Positions 38,521 through 48,715 of a DNA stretch of 64,000 bases are shown here, one piece after another (positions within the stretch are counted from its first letter, which is position 1; each line of letters starts with the position of its first letter). Made by a program: the position numbers and the translations under genes. Source of the stretch: Nitrospinales bacterium. Lineage in GTDB: Bacteria > Nitrospinota > Nitrospinia > Nitrospinales > VA-1. The stretch lies in NCBI GenBank assembly GCA_965262115.1, contig OZ253496.1, forward strand, positions 1,184,001 to 1,248,000. Direction: 5' to 3'. The notes below the pieces were generated by a model that did no database searches, was not told the origin of the DNA, and saw only the letters and a program-made list of their open reading frames with translations.

Positions 38521-41172
38521 CTACCGGATTGCCTGCTGTATCGTTTTTAAATGAATTTCAAGTTTAGCCTGTTTTTCAGAAAGGGTAGTTTTCCTTTTCT
38601 CGTCTTTTTCGATGACTTCGGCAGGCGCTTTCTTCACAAAATTCGGGTTGGAGAGTTTCTTATCTAAAAATATGAGGTCTTTTGCAATTTTTTTCAACTC
38701 TTTTTCTATGCGGTTCCGTTCTTCGTCAAAATCCATCAGGCCCTCAAGAGGGATAATCAGGTCCATTTCTCCCAATACCGAAGATGCCGAGACCTTCGGT
38801 TTCTCAATATCAGGACCTATGGTTATTTGATCCACTCGGGCTAATGCACGGATAAAACCGGCATGTTTTTTCAAAACAGATTCCAAATCGGCATGTCGGG
38901 TTTTGACTAATGCGTTTAATTTCAACCCCGGATTCAGATTCATCTCGCCACGGATATTGCGTATGCCTGTAATGACTTCCATCACCTTCCCCATTGCTTT
39001 TTCCACATCGGGTTCGCTTATGGCGGCATCAAATTCGGGAAAAGCGCTGACCATGATACTGTCTCCGCTTTTGGGTAATTTCTGCCATATCTCTTCTGTG
39101 ATAAATGGCATAAATGGATGCAAAAGCTTCAGGGCCGCTTCCAGCACATGCACGAGAACATTTTGCGCGGCTATTTTTTCAGAGCCCTCCACCTGCAAAC
39201 GGGGTTTGGCAAGTTCGATGTACCAGTCGCAGTATTCATTCCAAATGAACTTGTAAACCGCGAGAGCGGCATCGTTGAACCTGAAAGTTTCCAGAGCCTC
39301 ATTAACTTCCCGCGTGGTGTTGTTCAGTCGACTCAAAATCCACCGGTCAGCGATGGACCTGTCTGCCTTTTCATCCGGTTGACAGTTTCCCTGATAACCC
39401 TCCAGATTCATAAACACAAACCGGGAAGCGTTCCAGAGCTTGTTGCAGAAGTTCCGGTAACCTTCGATGCGATCTTCGTCCAGTTTAATGTCCCGGCCCT
39501 GAGCGGCAAAAGCCGCCAGCGTAAACCGCAACGCATCCGTTCCATATTGTTCCATGACAGCCAAAGGATCGATCACGTTCCCCTTGGTCTTGCTCATTTT
39601 CTGTCCTTCCGCATCACGAATCAGGGCATGGATATAAACATGGTGGAAGGGCACATCGCCCATAAATTTGATCCCCATCATGATCATGCGCGCCACCCAG
39701 AAAAACAGGATGTCAAATCCGGTACAAAGAACAGAGGTGGGATAAAACCGTTTAAGCGTTTCCGTTTTTTCAGGCCAGCCCAATGTGGAAAATGGCCAGA
39801 GCGCGGAACTGAACCAGGTATCCAGCACATCGGTCTCCTGCTCCAGATATGTCGAAGAACAGGCCGAACATTTTTTTGGGGTTTCCCGGACCACAGTAAT
39901 TTCGCCGCAACCCTTACAGGTCCATGCGGGAATCTGGTGCCCCCACCAGATTTGCCGGGAAATGCACCAGTCACGGATATTTTCCATCCACTCAAAATAG
40001 GTGTTCTCCCAGAATTTCGGGACAATTTTTATAGTGCCATCTCTCACCGCCCGTATCGCCGGTTCCGCCAAAGGTTTAGCTTTGACAAACCATTGTTTGG
40101 ATAAATAAGGCTCAACCACTGTTTTGCAACGGTAGCAATGTCCGACTGAATGATTCAGGTCTTCTATTTTCAGCAGGACTCCCGCATCTTTTAAATCTTT
40201 CACCAGTTTCTTGCGGCATTCAAAACGGTCCAGCCCTTCATAAGCCGGACCGGCCTCGGCATTCATAGCGCCATTGGGATCCATCACATTGATCGATGCA
40301 AGGTCATGCCGCCGTCCAATTTCAAAGTCATTCGGATCATGGGCAGGAGTCACCTTTAGAGCGCCGGTGCCAAAAGAGGTGTCAACATAACTGTCTTCGA
40401 TGAGTGGGATCTCTCTGTTCACGACAGGCAGCATCAACGTCTGACCTTTGTATTTCGTGTAGCGCTCATCCTCCGGGTTGACCGCCACAGCTGTATCTCC
40501 CAACATGGTTTCCGGTCGGGTGGTGGCAATGATGAGCAAACCCTCGCCCTCTTTAAAAGGATATTTCAAATGATAAAGATGGCCCTGAGCATCCTGATGT
40601 TCCACTTCCAGATCAGAAAGCGCCGTATGGCAACGGGGGCACCAGTTAATGATATAGTCGCCTTTGTAAATCAACCCTTCTTCATAAAGCGTGACAAAAA
40701 CCTCGCGCACCGCCTTGGATAACCCCTCGTCCATGGTGAAGCGGTCCCGCTCCCAATCCAGTGAGCTGCCCAGTTTTTTCAACTGCTCATTGATGGTTCC
40801 TCCTGATTCGTTACGCCACTTCCACACCCGCTCTACAAACGCCTCTCGACCCAGCGCCTGCCGGTCGGTCCCTTCCGCATGCAATTGCCGCTCAACCACG
40901 TTCTGAGTGGCAATTCCAGCATGGTCTGTGCCCGGTTGCCACAGGGCGTTGAACCCTTGCATGCGTTTCCAGCGAGTCAGAATGTCCTGCAGGGTATTGT
41001 TGAAGGCATGGCCGATGTGCAAACGCCCGGTAATATTGGGAGGCGGTATGACTATGGAAAAAGGCGGACTGTCAAGCGTCTCATCAGCGTGATAAAAGTT
41101 CTTTTCCTGCCAGAACCGTCCCCAGCGTTTTTCGACTTTTTCTGGCTCGTAATGCTTATCCAATTGAATCAT
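38521..41172 (-). CDS. valS: Valine--tRNA ligase
   Basis: PPPNITGRLHIGH, 'DWCISRQIWWGH', KMSKT, C-terminal coiled coil. Confidence 0.98.
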   Translation of the reverse strand: MIQLDKHYEPEKVEKRWGRFWQEKNFYHADETLDSPPFSIVIPPPNITGRLHIGHAFNNTLQDILTRWKRMQGFNALWQPGTDHAGIATQNVVERQLHAEGTDRQALGREAFVERVWKWRNESGGTINEQLKKLGSSLDWERDRFTMDEGLSKAVREVFVTLYEEGLIYKGDYIINWCPRCHTALSDLEVEHQDAQGHLYHLKYPFKEGEGLLIIATTRPETMLGDTAVAVNPEDERYTKYKGQTLMLPVVNREIPLIEDSYVDTSFGTGALKVTPAHDPNDFEIGRRHDLASINVMDPNGAMNAEAGPAYEGLDRFECRKKLVKDLKDAGVLLKIEDLNHSVGHCYRCKTVVEPYLSKQWFVKAKPLAEPAIRAVRDGTIKIVPKFWENTYFEWMENIRDWCISRQIWWGHQIPAWTCKGCGEITVVRETPKKCSACSSTYLEQETDVLDTWFSSALWPFSTLGWPEKTETLKRFYPTSVLCTGFDILFFWVARMIMMGIKFMGDVPFHHVYIHALIRDAEGQKMSKTKGNVIDPLAVMEQYGTDALRFTLAAFAAQGRDIKLDEDRIEGYRNFCNKLWNASRFVFMNLEGYQGNCQPDEKADRSIADRWILSRLNNTTREVNEALETFRFNDAALAVYKFIWNEYCDWYIELAKPRLQVEGSEKIAAQNVLVHVLEAALKLLHPFMPFITEEIWQKLPKSGDSIMVSAFPEFDAAISEPDVEKAMGKVMEVITGIRNIRGEMNLNPGLKLNALVKTRHADLESVLKKHAGFIRALARVDQITIGPDIEKPKVSASSVLGEMDLIIPLEGLMDFDEERNRIEKELKKIAKDLIFLDKKLSNPNFVKKAPAEVIEKDEKRKTTLSEKQAKLEIHLKTIQQAIR

Positions 41173-41327
41173 TCGATCAAAAATTTTCCTTTACACCCAA
41201 ATATAAAAAATACTCCCCCTCTGCCTGTAACGCACAAGGAAAGCTTAAAATGGTAACGGTCTTTATATATCACTAATAATGAGGAATGAATTTCTTTAAA
41301 AAAGAGCGGTTCGTAAAGCGGGGCCTG

Positions 41328-42782
41328 CTAAACCATGTCCTTCTTTTTGATTTTTTCTATCTCTTCCCGGATCACCTTGCGGGCAATTTCCGGAGTGACC
41401 TCTCTCACCACCTCACGGATGGTTTTTAAAATCACATCAGACAATCCGGAAACCTCTTTTTCCAGCGAAGTGCCCAACGATCTTTTCAATACCTGCTTAA
41501 CCTCTTCGGCAATGGCTTGAGTGAAGCGGTCATCCTCGGAATCATACTGCCAATTTCTCGAAGGAAAATTGCGCGGATCCAAATCCCGGTCCTGATCGGA
41601 AAATCCGGGAATAGCATCCAGATTTTCTTTTATGTCTTCTGGAGTTGCAGGGCGTTTGCCCACCTCAGAAAACGCACCCGGCGCTATATGCTTTAAAAGG
41701 TCTTCCGGCTCCGGAACAATGCCTCCCAGCGATGATAATGCAGGGGGCTTCTCCTCACGAGTGGCCGAATCTGGCCTGCTCCCCATGGCAAGTTCCTTGA
41801 ACGCAGAATCCAATTCATCCATATTGTCCATTCTGCGTTTGCCCACTTCGGCAAAGATCTCCGGCCCATCTGTATAGCCCAGATCTTCCGGTTCATCCGC
41901 ACCGGACTCCGCAAAAGGAAAAGCCTCGGCCTCTTCTGCGGCTGGATCGGGAGACTGAACAGACTCTTCAAGCTCTTCAACACCACGGATCATTTGATCC
42001 ATAATGTCATCATCATTCTCGGATTGCAGGGTGGGCACTTGCAGTTCTTTGTCTGGTGCAAGAGGATCATCCAGAAAATCAGAGAGCTCCATCGGTTCCA
42101 TCAAACCTTCTCCGGACAAATCCAAAGCCCGATCATCCGCCGGCGACTCCACAGACTCAGGAAGTGCCAGTTTTTCATCCACCAACGCGGGAACTTTATC
42201 TTCGAGCGATTCCCCTTCATCCACCAAATCTGAAATTTCCGTTCCATCTATCGAAAGTTTTTCAACCGAATCCAATAACTCCTCAAGACTGGGTTCCTCT
42301 TGCGATTCCGGCACTTTCAGGTTGCTTAAAATTTCTGCAGCCTCCTCTGTTTCTTCCACCGGCTGTCCGACGATTTCCGAGTCGGAAAGCAACGCGGCGT
42401 CTTCATCGCCGGATGAACCTTCCAGCAGACTTTTGACCATGGACACAATATCGTCCGACTTGAATGGTTTCGAGATATGGTTATCCGCACCGCAAGCCTG
42501 GTAGCGCTGTTCATCAAAATCTTCAAAGTCGCTGGCCAGCAGCAGAACTTTGATGCCCCTCGTTTCCGGAGCTTCTTTAATTTTCGCGCTCAACTCAAAA
42601 CCATCCAACCCCGGCATACCAACATCGGCCAAAACAATATCGGGATTAAATTCCGCAATTCGATCGAAAGCCTCCTGGCCATTGCTAATGCCCTCAACCT
42701 CCATGTCCTCATTTTCAAAAGCCATGGAAACAATTTTTTGGATGGTGATGCTATCGTCAGCAACTAGAAGTCTGGATGCCAT
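41328..42782 (-). CDS. Response regulator with long acidic linker and helical tail (RomR-like)
   Basis: REC domain 'LLVADDSITIQKIV...LAD...ISKPF'; D/E/P-rich linker; tail 'IREVVREVTPEIARKVIREEIEKIK'. Confidence 0.8.
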   Translation of the reverse strand: MASRLLVADDSITIQKIVSMAFENEDMEVEGISNGQEAFDRIAEFNPDIVLADVGMPGLDGFELSAKIKEAPETRGIKVLLLASDFEDFDEQRYQACGADNHISKPFKSDDIVSMVKSLLEGSSGDEDAALLSDSEIVGQPVEETEEAAEILSNLKVPESQEEPSLEELLDSVEKLSIDGTEISDLVDEGESLEDKVPALVDEKLALPESVESPADDRALDLSGEGLMEPMELSDFLDDPLAPDKELQVPTLQSENDDDIMDQMIRGVEELEESVQSPDPAAEEAEAFPFAESGADEPEDLGYTDGPEIFAEVGKRRMDNMDELDSAFKELAMGSRPDSATREEKPPALSSLGGIVPEPEDLLKHIAPGAFSEVGKRPATPEDIKENLDAIPGFSDQDRDLDPRNFPSRNWQYDSEDDRFTQAIAEEVKQVLKRSLGTSLEKEVSGLSDVILKTIREVVREVTPEIARKVIREEIEKIKKKDMV

Positions 42783-42892
42783 GAAACTCAACCCTTCGGG
42801 ATTTGGAAAAGAACTTCGGATGGGACCGGCGGCTCACTCCCGCCCACTAGCGAGCCCACTCCCGTGGGAGGGAATATAGCAAGAACATTTAG

Positions 42893-43043
42893 GCCGAGAT
42901 AACTCTTTCTTGCCAAATAAGGCTATTGCTCACTGGATCCAGCGTCACGCTGGCACCGAGTGGCTACTCGCCGCAGGGGCAACTGGCAAAGCTCGTTAAG
43001 CCGAGACAACTCTTTCTTGCCAAATAAGGCTATTGCACACTGG
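42893..43043 (+). repeat. Two 44-bp direct repeats (module B)
   Basis: GCCGAGAYAACTCTTTCTTGCCAAATAAGGCTATTGCWCACTGG at 42893-42936 and 43000-43043. Confidence 0.9.
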
Positions 43044-43239
43044 CCCCACGCCTAGCGGGGAAAACCATTCAAACTCAACCAGTTGAGTATACCATAAAAT
43101 TTCTGACCCTGAAAAAATTTAGGATCTGCCCTCATTTAGACCCTGAAATTATCGATAAGTTTTAGATAGAGTGTGTCCGAACTCTATGTTTTAATAGAGA
43201 TAATATTTTAAGGATCAGATAGTTGGAGGTTTTCAGGCT

Positions 43240-45003
43240 TTGATTCGTTTGCTGCGGGTTTCCCATTCCATAAAAAAACTTGTACCGCGATGCGGGGGCA
43301 CCCTGGTTTTGCTCGGCGCCTTGTTGACCGTATTCCCTTCCAGTGCATTAGCTCTTTATATTCAAGTTGATGGAGTCGCTGATATCAAGTCCAACTTCAG
43401 CGAAGGATGTTCGTCCATCACCGATATTGCCAATCAGGCGGAACGCCAGAAAATAGATGTGGTCTTGTTTGGGGACTTTGCCCGCAATTCCATTGAATTC
43501 GGAATCAAACCGTTTGAAAGGATTTTTAAAAATATCACCCATGGGTCTTCGGTGCTCGACCGGGGAGTGGGGGGGTATTTATCAGAAATCAAGGATAACG
43601 ACCGCCAGTTTGAACGCACTTTGTTGATTCCCGGAGTGGAAACTATCCCCTTTTATTTCTGGACCGGAAGCAACTACGATAAAAACCTTACGGCCCATAA
43701 CTGGGACAAACATCTGCTGGTTTTCGGAATGGATTCCGCTGAAGATTACGAGCAGTTGCCCTTGCCCAACAGTAATTTCTCCAAAAAATATACCCATGAG
43801 CTTCTCAATAACTTCATAGTTATCGGGTTCATCTTTATGGTGATGGTCGGGGCCGTCTACAAAGGTCTTTTTCGCAAAATCACAGTGCCACTCATGTTGC
43901 TCTTCGCCCTGCTGACCTTGAACAACCATCCCTTTCAAAGTTCTCCTTTTGATCCTTATAATGGAGATCAGGGCATGGAGCCTTATCAAAATTTAATAGA
44001 TTTTGCCACCTCCAAAGGCGCGTTGGTTTTCTGGAATCATATGGAAACCGCTTCCGGTATCAGCCAGAAAGGCACTACCGTTCTGGAAACCCTGCCCTAC
44101 CCGGATGATCTGTTAAAAACACAAAACTATACCGGGTTCCAGGCCGTGGGTGACGAACCGATCGGTCAAACCGATCCGGGCCAGCAATGGGATCAGGTGC
44201 TCATGGAATACCTGAATGGAAATCGGGAACAACCGGTTTGGGGTTTTGGCAGTAATGATTTTCTTTGCGAAAATCAAGAGGGAGATGGCCTGGGATCCGT
44301 GCGCACCATTTTTCTAGTGCGGGAAAGAAACAGCGACACCGTACTTGATGCGATGAAAAAGGGAAGAATGTACGCCGTCCGCCAGGCCGATGCCAACCGG
44401 CTCTCGCTCGACGAGTTTGTCGTCGAAGACCAGAACGACAACCAGGTCACGATGGGAGAGGAACTGGTTGCAACCGACTTCCCCGCCATCAATTTGAAAC
44501 TTCGCTCTGTAAAGGGAGGAAACAAGACCGCCCAAATTCAGATCATCCGCAATGGGGTTATCGTTAAAGAAGAAACCGTTTCCCTGCCCTCTGAATTGAC
44601 TTGGAGGGATGTCGGCATAGACCGAAAAGAACCCGTTTATTATCGAGTCATGGCAACGGTCTCCCCGCAAGACCATCTGGTTTCCAATCCTATTTTTGTA
44701 AAGTTTGCAGATAATATAGGGGTGGAGATCGCTTCGGCCCCAACATCCGCGCCTGCTCCCGCACCTCCGGCAAAACTCCTGACGGTCATGCTTGATGGAG
44801 TGGAAATGAAAAAAGGGCCGGGAGAGATTTTCCCCAACATCACCAAACTCCGCAAAGGTCAGGAAGTCAGTTTCGTGAGAAGAACCAATATCGAGCTCAA
44901 CCACAGGAACTGGCTGGTGGTCAAGTATATGAACCGCTCCGGCTACATCTGGGAAGGCGTTCTCAAATGGTCCGGCGACCAGCATGACGCTGGACTCAAT
45001 TAG
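43240..45003 (+). CDS. PHP-like metallohydrolase-fold membrane protein with C-terminal SH3b-like domain
   Basis: 'IPGVET', 'HLL', 'FWNH', 'WD..L', 'GFGSNDF', 'DAMKKGRMYA', 'SNPIFV'; two internal TM helices; 'KGPG...ITKLRKG...W..V...GYIW'. Confidence 0.65.
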   Translation: MIRLLRVSHSIKKLVPRCGGTLVLLGALLTVFPSSALALYIQVDGVADIKSNFSEGCSSITDIANQAERQKIDVVLFGDFARNSIEFGIKPFERIFKNITHGSSVLDRGVGGYLSEIKDNDRQFERTLLIPGVETIPFYFWTGSNYDKNLTAHNWDKHLLVFGMDSAEDYEQLPLPNSNFSKKYTHELLNNFIVIGFIFMVMVGAVYKGLFRKITVPLMLLFALLTLNNHPFQSSPFDPYNGDQGMEPYQNLIDFATSKGALVFWNHMETASGISQKGTTVLETLPYPDDLLKTQNYTGFQAVGDEPIGQTDPGQQWDQVLMEYLNGNREQPVWGFGSNDFLCENQEGDGLGSVRTIFLVRERNSDTVLDAMKKGRMYAVRQADANRLSLDEFVVEDQNDNQVTMGEELVATDFPAINLKLRSVKGGNKTAQIQIIRNGVIVKEETVSLPSELTWRDVGIDRKEPVYYRVMATVSPQDHLVSNPIFVKFADNIGVEIASAPTSAPAPAPPAKLLTVMLDGVEMKKGPGEIFPNITKLRKGQEVSFVRRTNIELNHRNWLVVKYMNRSGYIWEGVLKWSGDQHDAGLN

Positions 45004-45237
45004 AAAAAATTTTCTCGGCTTAAGAAGATTTACCTCTTTCTAAAACAGGGCCGGAATGATTTACATTCAGTGGTTTGTGTTCTCTTCATGTATCAAGCTT
45101 AATCCAAAAATGCGAGAACATGCTCATATCCCTTCCCTTCATAGGGAGGGGCAAGGGGAGGGTTTGCTGGTCTCTGATTTTTTTAACTATGCCCTTCTGG
45201 AAAAATAATCTCAAAACTGTCAAGGTTTGTTAGCATA

Positions 45238-46405
45238 ATGAACTTCCAACTAATCGACTCTGAGTGGGACGACTTATTTAGAAGATCTCTGACTAAAAAC
45301 CATTCTAAGCTTAGAATTATTTGTCCTTTTATCAAAAAGAGTGTCGCTGAATGGCTTTTAACATTTGGGAAACCCCAGGTTCTTCAGATAATCACTCGCT
45401 TCAATCTTAGGGATTTTTGTGGTGGCGTCAGTGATGTATCGGCCCTCAGGTTGTTATTGGAAAATGGCGCGGAGATTCGGGGAGTCCGTAATCTTCACGC
45501 GAAGGTTTATCTCTTCGATAAGGACAGGGTAATTGTTACATCTGCGAACTTAACTAATGCCGCTTTAAGGAAAAATCATGAGTTTGGTTTTGTTTCTGAT
45601 GACTCAAAAATCCATCATACCTGTATGAAATATTTCCAAAATCTATGGAAACGAGCTGGTTCTGACTTATCCATAGATCGTTTGGCGGAATGGGAAAGCA
45701 AGTTGAATAGTGTTGTCATCGCTGGTTCGCGGCCTTCCTTATCGGGCAGTTTGCCTGATGAAGGTGCCGATGCAGGTGTGCCTGCGCCCCCTTTTGTTGC
45801 CCCCTCATTAGTAGAAGAAGCTTCGCAGGCATTCGTAAAATTCTTTGGTACTAGTGCTACACGATCTCTACGAACGACACTCATTTTTGATGAAGTTAAG
45901 AGATCAGGCTCTCATTGGGCATGCACTTACCCCCTGGGAAAGCGTCCCAGGCAAATCGCGGATGGTGACGTCCTCTTTATGGGAAGGTTGGTGAAAGAGC
46001 CAGATGACATTATTATATATGGTCGGGCAATAGGCATACGCCACCAAGAGGGGCGTGATGATGCAACATCTGATGACATATTATATAGACCCTTTAAGAA
46101 GAAATACTCCCATTATAAGAGTTCATCACGCTGAATTTATGGCAGGCGAACTAGAAAATGGTGTGTCGCTCAACAGATTAATGCAGGAACTCCAAGATTA
46201 TTCATTTGCATCGACGAAAAGGAACTCTGAAGCGGGAAAAGGCAATACCAATCCCCGTAGTGCGTATTTACAGCAGGCAGGGGTAAAGTTATCTGACGAG
46301 GGGCACAACTGGCTGAAAAAAGAGTTGGAAATTGTATTCGAGAATTACGGAATGCTGGGGCGAAAAGAACTTGAGAAGTTAGACTGGCCCGAGGTGCCTA
46401 AATGA
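45238..46405 (+). pseudogene. Phospholipase-D (HKD) family nuclease with C-terminal extension, frameshifted
   Basis: LHAKVYLFD...TSANLT...NHEFG; near 46115 CATTATAAGA breaks 'HY-IRVHHAEF', and the tail continues in the 46055-46405 frame. Confidence 0.8.
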
Positions 46406-46465
46406 CTATTTGCAATTGAGCAATCAACCCCACTTAACCACACGACTAATGAAAACCTCAAACCA

Positions 46466-46690
46466 TCCAACCCTCCCCTGGCCCCTCCCTATGAAGGGGG
46501 GGGATATTCGAGCCAAAACCCCTGGCGGTCAATCACCCCAGCCCTTGTGATATTTCTTCCTCAACTTTCATGCCCGGTACGGGTACTTTGTAAAAGAGGG
46601 GTTCATTGAAGCTCCCCCTTCTATGAAGTATCCGTTCTGGGCACGAGGGCCAGGGTTAAATATCACGGGGGTTTGGGGGGATTTGATTTT
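46466..46690. repeat. Cluster of CCCTCCCC/AGGGGG palindromes with two module-A inserts
   Basis: CCAACCCTCCCCTGGCCCCTCCCTATGAAGGG is shared with the copy near 18456-18490; inverted homology to 21681-21795. Confidence 0.75.
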
Positions 46691-46708
46691 CCTGCTTTTC
46701 TCAAAGTA

Positions 46709-48706
46709 TCACTCCGCGCTCTCAATTCCTTCTATCGCAACTGTCAATTCGTCCCATTCCTGCATCAGGATTTTCTCCTCCGCCTTTAGCGTTTTCTGTT
46801 CCTGCAAAGTTTCCAATAAAAAGGTTTTCTGGTCTTCCTCATAAATACCGACATCGGTAAACCGCGCTTGCAGGGCTTCATTCGTGGACATTAAAACCTC
46901 TAATCGGGACTCCACTTTAGCTAATCTCGTTTGCAGGGGTTTCAGGTTTTTATAGCGCTGGTTGCGTTCTTCGGCTTCCTTTTTTTTTCGCTCCCTGTTC
47001 AACTGCGACGAAGAAAGTTCCTTCCCCGGGCCTGAAGAAACTTCAACATCCTGAACCTCTTTTGATTTCGCCCATTCATAGTCACTGTAATGGCCGGGAT
47101 ACTCCTTAACCGCTCCCCCTTCCACTTCCCACACCCGGTTGATAAATCCATCGAGAAAAAACCTGTCATGAGAAATGACGACCAGACTGCCTTCATAATC
47201 CGAGAGCACCGCCGCCAAATGTTCACGCGACCGCATATCCAGATGGTTGGTCGGTTCATCAAACAAAATCAGTGAAGGCGGAGAACCGCCGCCGGTAACT
47301 GGCAAAGACTTTTTACCGCTAGTAACCATTCTTCTCGGCTTAACAGGCTCTTGCAAGTTGCCACCGCACAACATTCGCGCCAGGGCCAGCCGGGAGCGCT
47401 CCCCTCCTGACAGGACAGAAACTTTTTTCTCCACATCCTCCCCGGTAAACAAAAACGCCCCAAGAATATTTCGTTTTGCAGTGAGCAGGAGCCCCGGCGC
47501 AGACTCTTCCAGTGATTGAAAAACCGTATGGTTGAAGTTCAACGTCTCGCCCTGGTGCTGGGCAAAATAGGAACGGGAAACATTAGCACCAAGTTTTATT
47601 TCCCCTTCATCCGGATGAAGAGCACCTGCCATCAGTTTCAGGAGGGTGGATTTCCCCGCGCCGTTCTCACCCACCAGCGCCACTTTCCAACCCCTTTCCA
47701 AATTGATGAAAAAATTCTGGTATACATTGAGGGACCCATAACTTTTGCAGACCTCCTTCACCTCCAGAACATGACGCCCTGTTCTCACCGGCTGAGGAAA
47801 ACGAAAGTGAATCGTTTTTGTACCCTGGGTCGTTTGTACCCGCTCCATTTTTTCCAGCATTTTTATCCGGCTTTGCACCTGGGTGGCCTTGGTGTTTTTG
47901 GCGCGAAACCTTTCTATAAACCGTTCCACCTCGGCAATTTTGCGGCCCTGGTTAGCAGCCTGGGACTCCAGCAACTCCGCCCTCTCCTGCTTCTGCTTTT
48001 CGTAGTCATCATAATTTCCGCTATAAACCGAAAGCGATCCACGGTCCAACTCAATGATCCGGCTTGCCAGGGAATTTAAAAATCTGCGGTCATGAGAAAT
48101 GAGCAAGACACTGCCCTCATAAGATTTCAGAAACGATTCCAGCCAGACCACCGATCGCAAATCCAGATGGTTGGACGGCTCGTCCAGCAGCAGGACATCG
48201 GGACTCTGCAACAACAAACGCGAAAGCTCGCACCGCATTCTCCAGCCACCGGATAACTGGTCAAGCGGTTGATCCCACTTTTCAGGTTTGATTCCCAGTC
48301 CCAGAAGGATGATTTTTGCCCGAGCCTCTCGATCATAGCCTCCCAGACGTTCAAACTCGTGTTGCAGGTCTCCATATCGTTCATGATAAGTCTGGTCCGA
48401 TTCCAACCGCTCCATTGCAGTTTTTACTTTAAGAAAATGTGGATCGCCCAGCACCACCCTTTCGAGAACCGTTTCGCTTCCCCCTTCCAGTTCCTGTTCC
48501 AGCAAACCAAAACGCAGGCCCTTTCTAAGAGTCACCTTGCCTGCGTCCGGCAGGGTTTTTCCTGTTATCACTTTAAAGAGCGTGGTCTTGCCGGTACCAT
48601 TTTCACCCACCAGCCCCACCTTCTCCTTGGGACGCAGGTGGAAACTGACCTCCTCAAAGAGCACCTTGGAACCAAATTGTAAAACTACTTTCTCAACAAA
48701 TATCAT
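46709..48706 (-). CDS. ABC-F family ATP-binding protein (YheS/Uup-like)
   Basis: Two ABC cassettes (GENGTGKT, LSGGW, LDEPSNHLD; GENGAGKS, LSGGE, DEPTNHLD), no TM, coiled-coil tail. Confidence 0.95.
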   Translation of the reverse strand: MIFVEKVVLQFGSKVLFEEVSFHLRPKEKVGLVGENGTGKTTLFKVITGKTLPDAGKVTLRKGLRFGLLEQELEGGSETVLERVVLGDPHFLKVKTAMERLESDQTYHERYGDLQHEFERLGGYDREARAKIILLGLGIKPEKWDQPLDQLSGGWRMRCELSRLLLQSPDVLLLDEPSNHLDLRSVVWLESFLKSYEGSVLLISHDRRFLNSLASRIIELDRGSLSVYSGNYDDYEKQKQERAELLESQAANQGRKIAEVERFIERFRAKNTKATQVQSRIKMLEKMERVQTTQGTKTIHFRFPQPVRTGRHVLEVKEVCKSYGSLNVYQNFFINLERGWKVALVGENGAGKSTLLKLMAGALHPDEGEIKLGANVSRSYFAQHQGETLNFNHTVFQSLEESAPGLLLTAKRNILGAFLFTGEDVEKKVSVLSGGERSRLALARMLCGGNLQEPVKPRRMVTSGKKSLPVTGGGSPPSLILFDEPTNHLDMRSREHLAAVLSDYEGSLVVISHDRFFLDGFINRVWEVEGGAVKEYPGHYSDYEWAKSKEVQDVEVSSGPGKELSSSQLNRERKKKEAEERNQRYKNLKPLQTRLAKVESRLEVLMSTNEALQARFTDVGIYEEDQKTFLLETLQEQKTLKAEEKILMQEWDELTVAIEGIESAE

Positions 48707-48715
48707 GAGGTGTCC

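Noticed and set aside
39118..40104. 328-aa plus-strand ORF
   Set aside because: Antisense to valS with no recognisable motifs.
42893..43043. Possible mini CRISPR array
   Set aside because: Only two 44-bp units with a 63-bp spacer, no cas genes, and the unit is dispersed elsewhere as an intergenic repeat.
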